Source: Pseudomonadota bacterium
GTDB taxonomy: Bacteria > Bdellovibrionota > Bdellovibrionia > Bdellovibrionales > SG-bin7
NCBI GenBank assembly: GCA_034439715.1
Contig: JAWXAY010000063.1
Location: 1-40,741, forward strand
DNA length: 40,741 nucleotides
Direction: 5' to 3'
Below the pieces are notes generated by a model. The model worked only from the letters and a program-made list of their open reading frames with translations. It was not told where the DNA came from and did no database searches. Position 1 is the first letter of the stretch; each line of letters starts with the position of its first letter. Both the position numbers and the translations under genes were made by a program. This document shows, piece after piece, positions 38,332-40,741 of this stretch.

Positions 38332-39036
38332 ATGTATCAAATCTTACTTGTAGAAGATTCTCTCGACTACCAAAATTTAGTTTCCAAAATTTTGGAGCCC
38401 GTTGCAAAAGTTTATGCTGTTCCTACAATCGCAGATGCAATTAAAGTGGTTAAGACAAATATCTTTGATCTCTATTTATTAGACATTATGTTGCCTGATG
38501 GAGAAGGGTTTGAACTAGCTTCGATAATCAAAGAAGCGACGCAAAATAAAGAGATTCCAATAGTATTTTTAACGGGTCGCGGCGAAACAGTTGATAAAGT
38601 CAAAGGGTTTCGGCTCGGCGCGGATGACTATATAGTTAAACCCTTCGACTATTTAGAATTTAAAGCACGGATTGAAAGTCGACTTATAAAATATAAAAAT
38701 CGAAAGGAACAGCAAAGTGAAACTCTGACGATAGGCAATCTCCGACTTCAAACTTCACTTCAAAAAGCGACGCTAATTAATAAAAACTCAGACTTGGGTC
38801 TCACTCCCCTTGAATTCAAAATTATATTTTGCTTAGCCAGTAATCAGAATGAAATTATTAGTCGAGAAAAACTCGTAGAAATAGTCTGGGGAAAGGGAAT
38901 TCATATAGGTCGAAGTATAGACACTCATGTTAATGCCCTTCGAAAAAAAATGGGAACTTCAGGCACTTGTCTTAAGTCTTCCTATGGTAAAGGATATTAT
39001 TTTAGACTTGATCCCAATTTAAGTTTAAAAAAATAA
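38332..39036 (+). CDS. OmpR/PhoB-family response regulator
   Basis: VED, LDIMLP, T, GADDYIVKP, LTPLEF, HVNALRKK, GKGY. Confidence 0.92.
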   Translation: MYQILLVEDSLDYQNLVSKILEPVAKVYAVPTIADAIKVVKTNIFDLYLLDIMLPDGEGFELASIIKEATQNKEIPIVFLTGRGETVDKVKGFRLGADDYIVKPFDYLEFKARIESRLIKYKNRKEQQSETLTIGNLRLQTSLQKATLINKNSDLGLTPLEFKIIFCLASNQNEIISREKLVEIVWGKGIHIGRSIDTHVNALRKKMGTSGTCLKSSYGKGYYFRLDPNLSLKK

Positions 39037-39150
39037 TTGTTAAGATTTCTTGGCAATTGTTTATTTGACCCGAATCCCCCCGTATAATCTAAAATATTAA
39101 TATAAAATTAAAAAAAGGCAGCTTTATTGTTTTTGATAGTATGCAAACAA

Positions 39151-39183
39151 ATAATTGCAAGTAAATTGCAAATAAATTGCAGA
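39151..39183 (+). repeat. Three direct repeats of AATTGCA with 11-bp period
   Basis: TTGCA at 39155, 39166 and 39177. Confidence 0.7.
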
Positions 39184-39201
39184 ACATAATATAGAGGTTT
39201 C

Positions 39202-40741
39202 ATGAAATCTACAGCGCAACCGACGAAATCATCTGGTCCTATTATAAAAAAAATAAAGGCTAATATACTGAGTGCTAAAATGCCTAGCGCCGACACGGAT
39301 GGAAGATTTCTTTTGTCCCCACCAAAGCGTCGCGAGCTCAGCGTTTCTCATTCCCGCGATCCGCTAAGACAACTTTTGTTCGTCGTAAAATCGGTGCGCT
39401 CAGGAAACTTTGGCGTTCGCATGCCCGTAGAGCAAGAGGGAATCGTTTCTGAAATTGGAGAAGTCATCAACGACATAATAGAACTCAACGAAAACATGGC
39501 TAACGAAATTGGCCGTGTGCGAAACATAGTAGGTCTCGAAGGAAAGATGACCGAGAGAGTTTCAATTGGGAATATCAAAGGCAGCTGGTCAGCGAGTGTG
39601 AACGCCCTGAACGAATTAATTAGCGCGCTCGTTCAGCCAACCACAGAGGCCGCCCGCGTAATAACCTCGGTGGCCAAAGGAGATTTATCACAAAAAATGG
39701 CAATGGAAATAGAGGGACGACCCCTCAAAGGACAATATCACCAGATTGGTTCTACCGTAAATACCATGGTTGATCAGCTAAACTCGTTTGCTTCTGAGGT
39801 AACTCGAGTCGCAAAAGAGGTTGGTACTCAAGGGAAACTCGGCGGACAGGCTGACGTTAAGGGCGCCTCTGGTATTTGGCGTGACCTGGTGGACAATGTG
39901 AACAGCCTTGCCGGTAACTTAACAGATCAAGTGCGAAATATTGCGAAAGTTACCACAGCAGTTGCCAAAGGTGACTTGTCACAAAAAATTACAGTGGACG
40001 CAAAAGGTGAAATTTACGAACTTAAAACCACCATTAACGTCATGGTGGATCAGTTATCTTCGTTCGCAGCCGAAGTTACTCGGGTTGCGAAAGAAGTGGG
40101 TACAGAAGGCCGCTTGGGTGGTCAGGCCGACGTAAAAGGAGTTTCTGGTACTTGGAAAGACTTAACCGATAACGTAAACGTATTGGCTGGAAATCTCACC
40201 AACCAAGTGCGAAATATTGCGAAAGTGACAACCGCAGTTGCCAATGGTGACTTGTCACAAAAAATTACAGTGGATGCAAAAGGTGAAATCTTTGAACTTA
40301 AAAACACAATCAACACGATGGTGGATCAGTTAAACTCATTCGCAGCAGAGGTAACTCGGGTCGCGAAAGAAGTGGGCACAGAAGGTAAACTTGGCGGACA
40401 AGCTGACGTTAAAGGGGTTTCTGGTACTTGGAAAGATTTAACAGACAACGTGAATGGCCTCGCCGGTAACTTAACCAACCAAGTGCGAAATATTGCGAAA
40501 GTAACAACCGCAGTTGCCAATGGCGACTTGTCACAAAAAATTACAGTGGATGCAAAAGGTGAAATCTTTGAACTTAAAGATACCATTAATACAATGGTGG
40601 ATACGCTTCGAAGATTTTCAGCAGAAGTAACTCGGGTCGCGAAAGAAGTGGGTACAGAAGGTAAACTTGGCGGACAAGCTGACGTTAAAGGGGTTTCTGG
40701 TACTTGGAAAGATTTAACAGACAACGTGAATGGCCTCGCCG
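39202..40741 (+). CDS. Poly-HAMP protein (NIK-1/OS-1-type hybrid histidine kinase N-terminus), runs off the window; absent from the ORF track
   Basis: Hand-translated open frame from ATG 39202 (AGAGG RBS) with repeats of MVDQL-x2[75 protein letters not shown]; kinase domains not in the window. Confidence 0.9.
   Translation, partial: MKSTAQPTKSSGPIIKKIKANILSAKMPSADTDGRFLLSPPKRRELSVSHSRDPLRQLLFVVKSVRSGNFGVRMPVEQEGIVSEIGEVINDIIELNENMANEIGRVRNIVGLEGKMTERVSIGNIKGSWSASVNALNELISALVQPTTEAARVITSVAKGDLSQKMAMEIEGRPLKGQYHQIGSTVNTMVDQLNSFASEVTRVAKEVGTQGKLGGQADVKGASGIWRDLVDNVNSLAGNLTDQVRNIAKVTTAVAKGDLSQKITVDAKGEIYELKTTINVMVDQLSSFAAEVTRVAKEVGTEGRLGGQADVKGVSGTWKDLTDNVNVLAGNLTNQVRNIAKVTTAVANGDLSQKITVDAKGEIFELKNTINTMVDQLNSFAAEVTRVAKEVGTEGKLGGQADVKGVSGTWKDLTDNVNGLAGNLTNQVRNIAKVTTAVANGDLSQKITVDAKGEIFELKDTINTMVDTLRRFSAEVTRVAKEVGTEGKLGGQADVKGVSGTWKDLTDNVNGLA
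39766..40741 (+). repeat. Tandem 276-bp coding repeats (92 aa), about 3.5 copies visible
   Basis: GTGCGAAATATTGCGAAAGT at 39931, 40207 and 40483. Confidence 0.92.

Noticed and set aside
39067..39090. TTGACC...TATAAT as a sigma70 promoter
   Set aside because: Spacer is only 12 nt
39348..40724. Track ORFs 39348..39578, 39941..40135, 40122..40316 and 40326..40724, and the repeats as a CRISPR-like array
   Set aside because: Antisense or out-of-frame shadows of the poly-HAMP gene; the repeats are in-frame coding units without unique spacers

Overview
Gene-dense bacterial chromosomal segment. Gene content suggests a Bdellovibrio-like predator (Bdellovibrionota): there is a protein closely resembling B. 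bacteriovorus HD-GYP Bd1817 as I recall it, plus many secreted hypothetical proteins. Housekeeping content: a yceD-rpmF-fabH-fabD-fabG-acpP-fabF-rpiB-glyA run lacking plsX, tRNA-Val(GAC), cca, queG, two tandem QueD/PTPS genes, sufE, yebC and an amino-acid catabolic run (peptidase, hutG, ltaE, kynA, with kynB nearby). The window ends inside a poly-HAMP kinase-type gene with 276-bp repeats that the ORF track missed. It starts just after an apparently truncated MauE/DoxX gene, so both ends look like repeat-caused contig breaks. Best candidates for undescribed biology: (1) a CheA-P1/Hpt-like protein with Asp in place of the phospho-His plus a CheZ-type C-terminal CheY-binding peptide, divergent from the Bd1817-like HD-GYP gene; (2) a PPP-like phosphatase fused to an intact PilZ domain, divergent from a GAF-HD-GYP phosphodiesterase; (3) a sigma54-driven, translationally coupled OMP/Ntn-acylase/membrane-protein operon; (4) cca and queG sharing overlapping start codons in one CATG; (5) FliA-type -10 boxes directly before small, near-leaderless ORFs. 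No CRISPR, rRNA, prophage or transposase is visible. All calls come from reading motifs by eye; no database searches were run.
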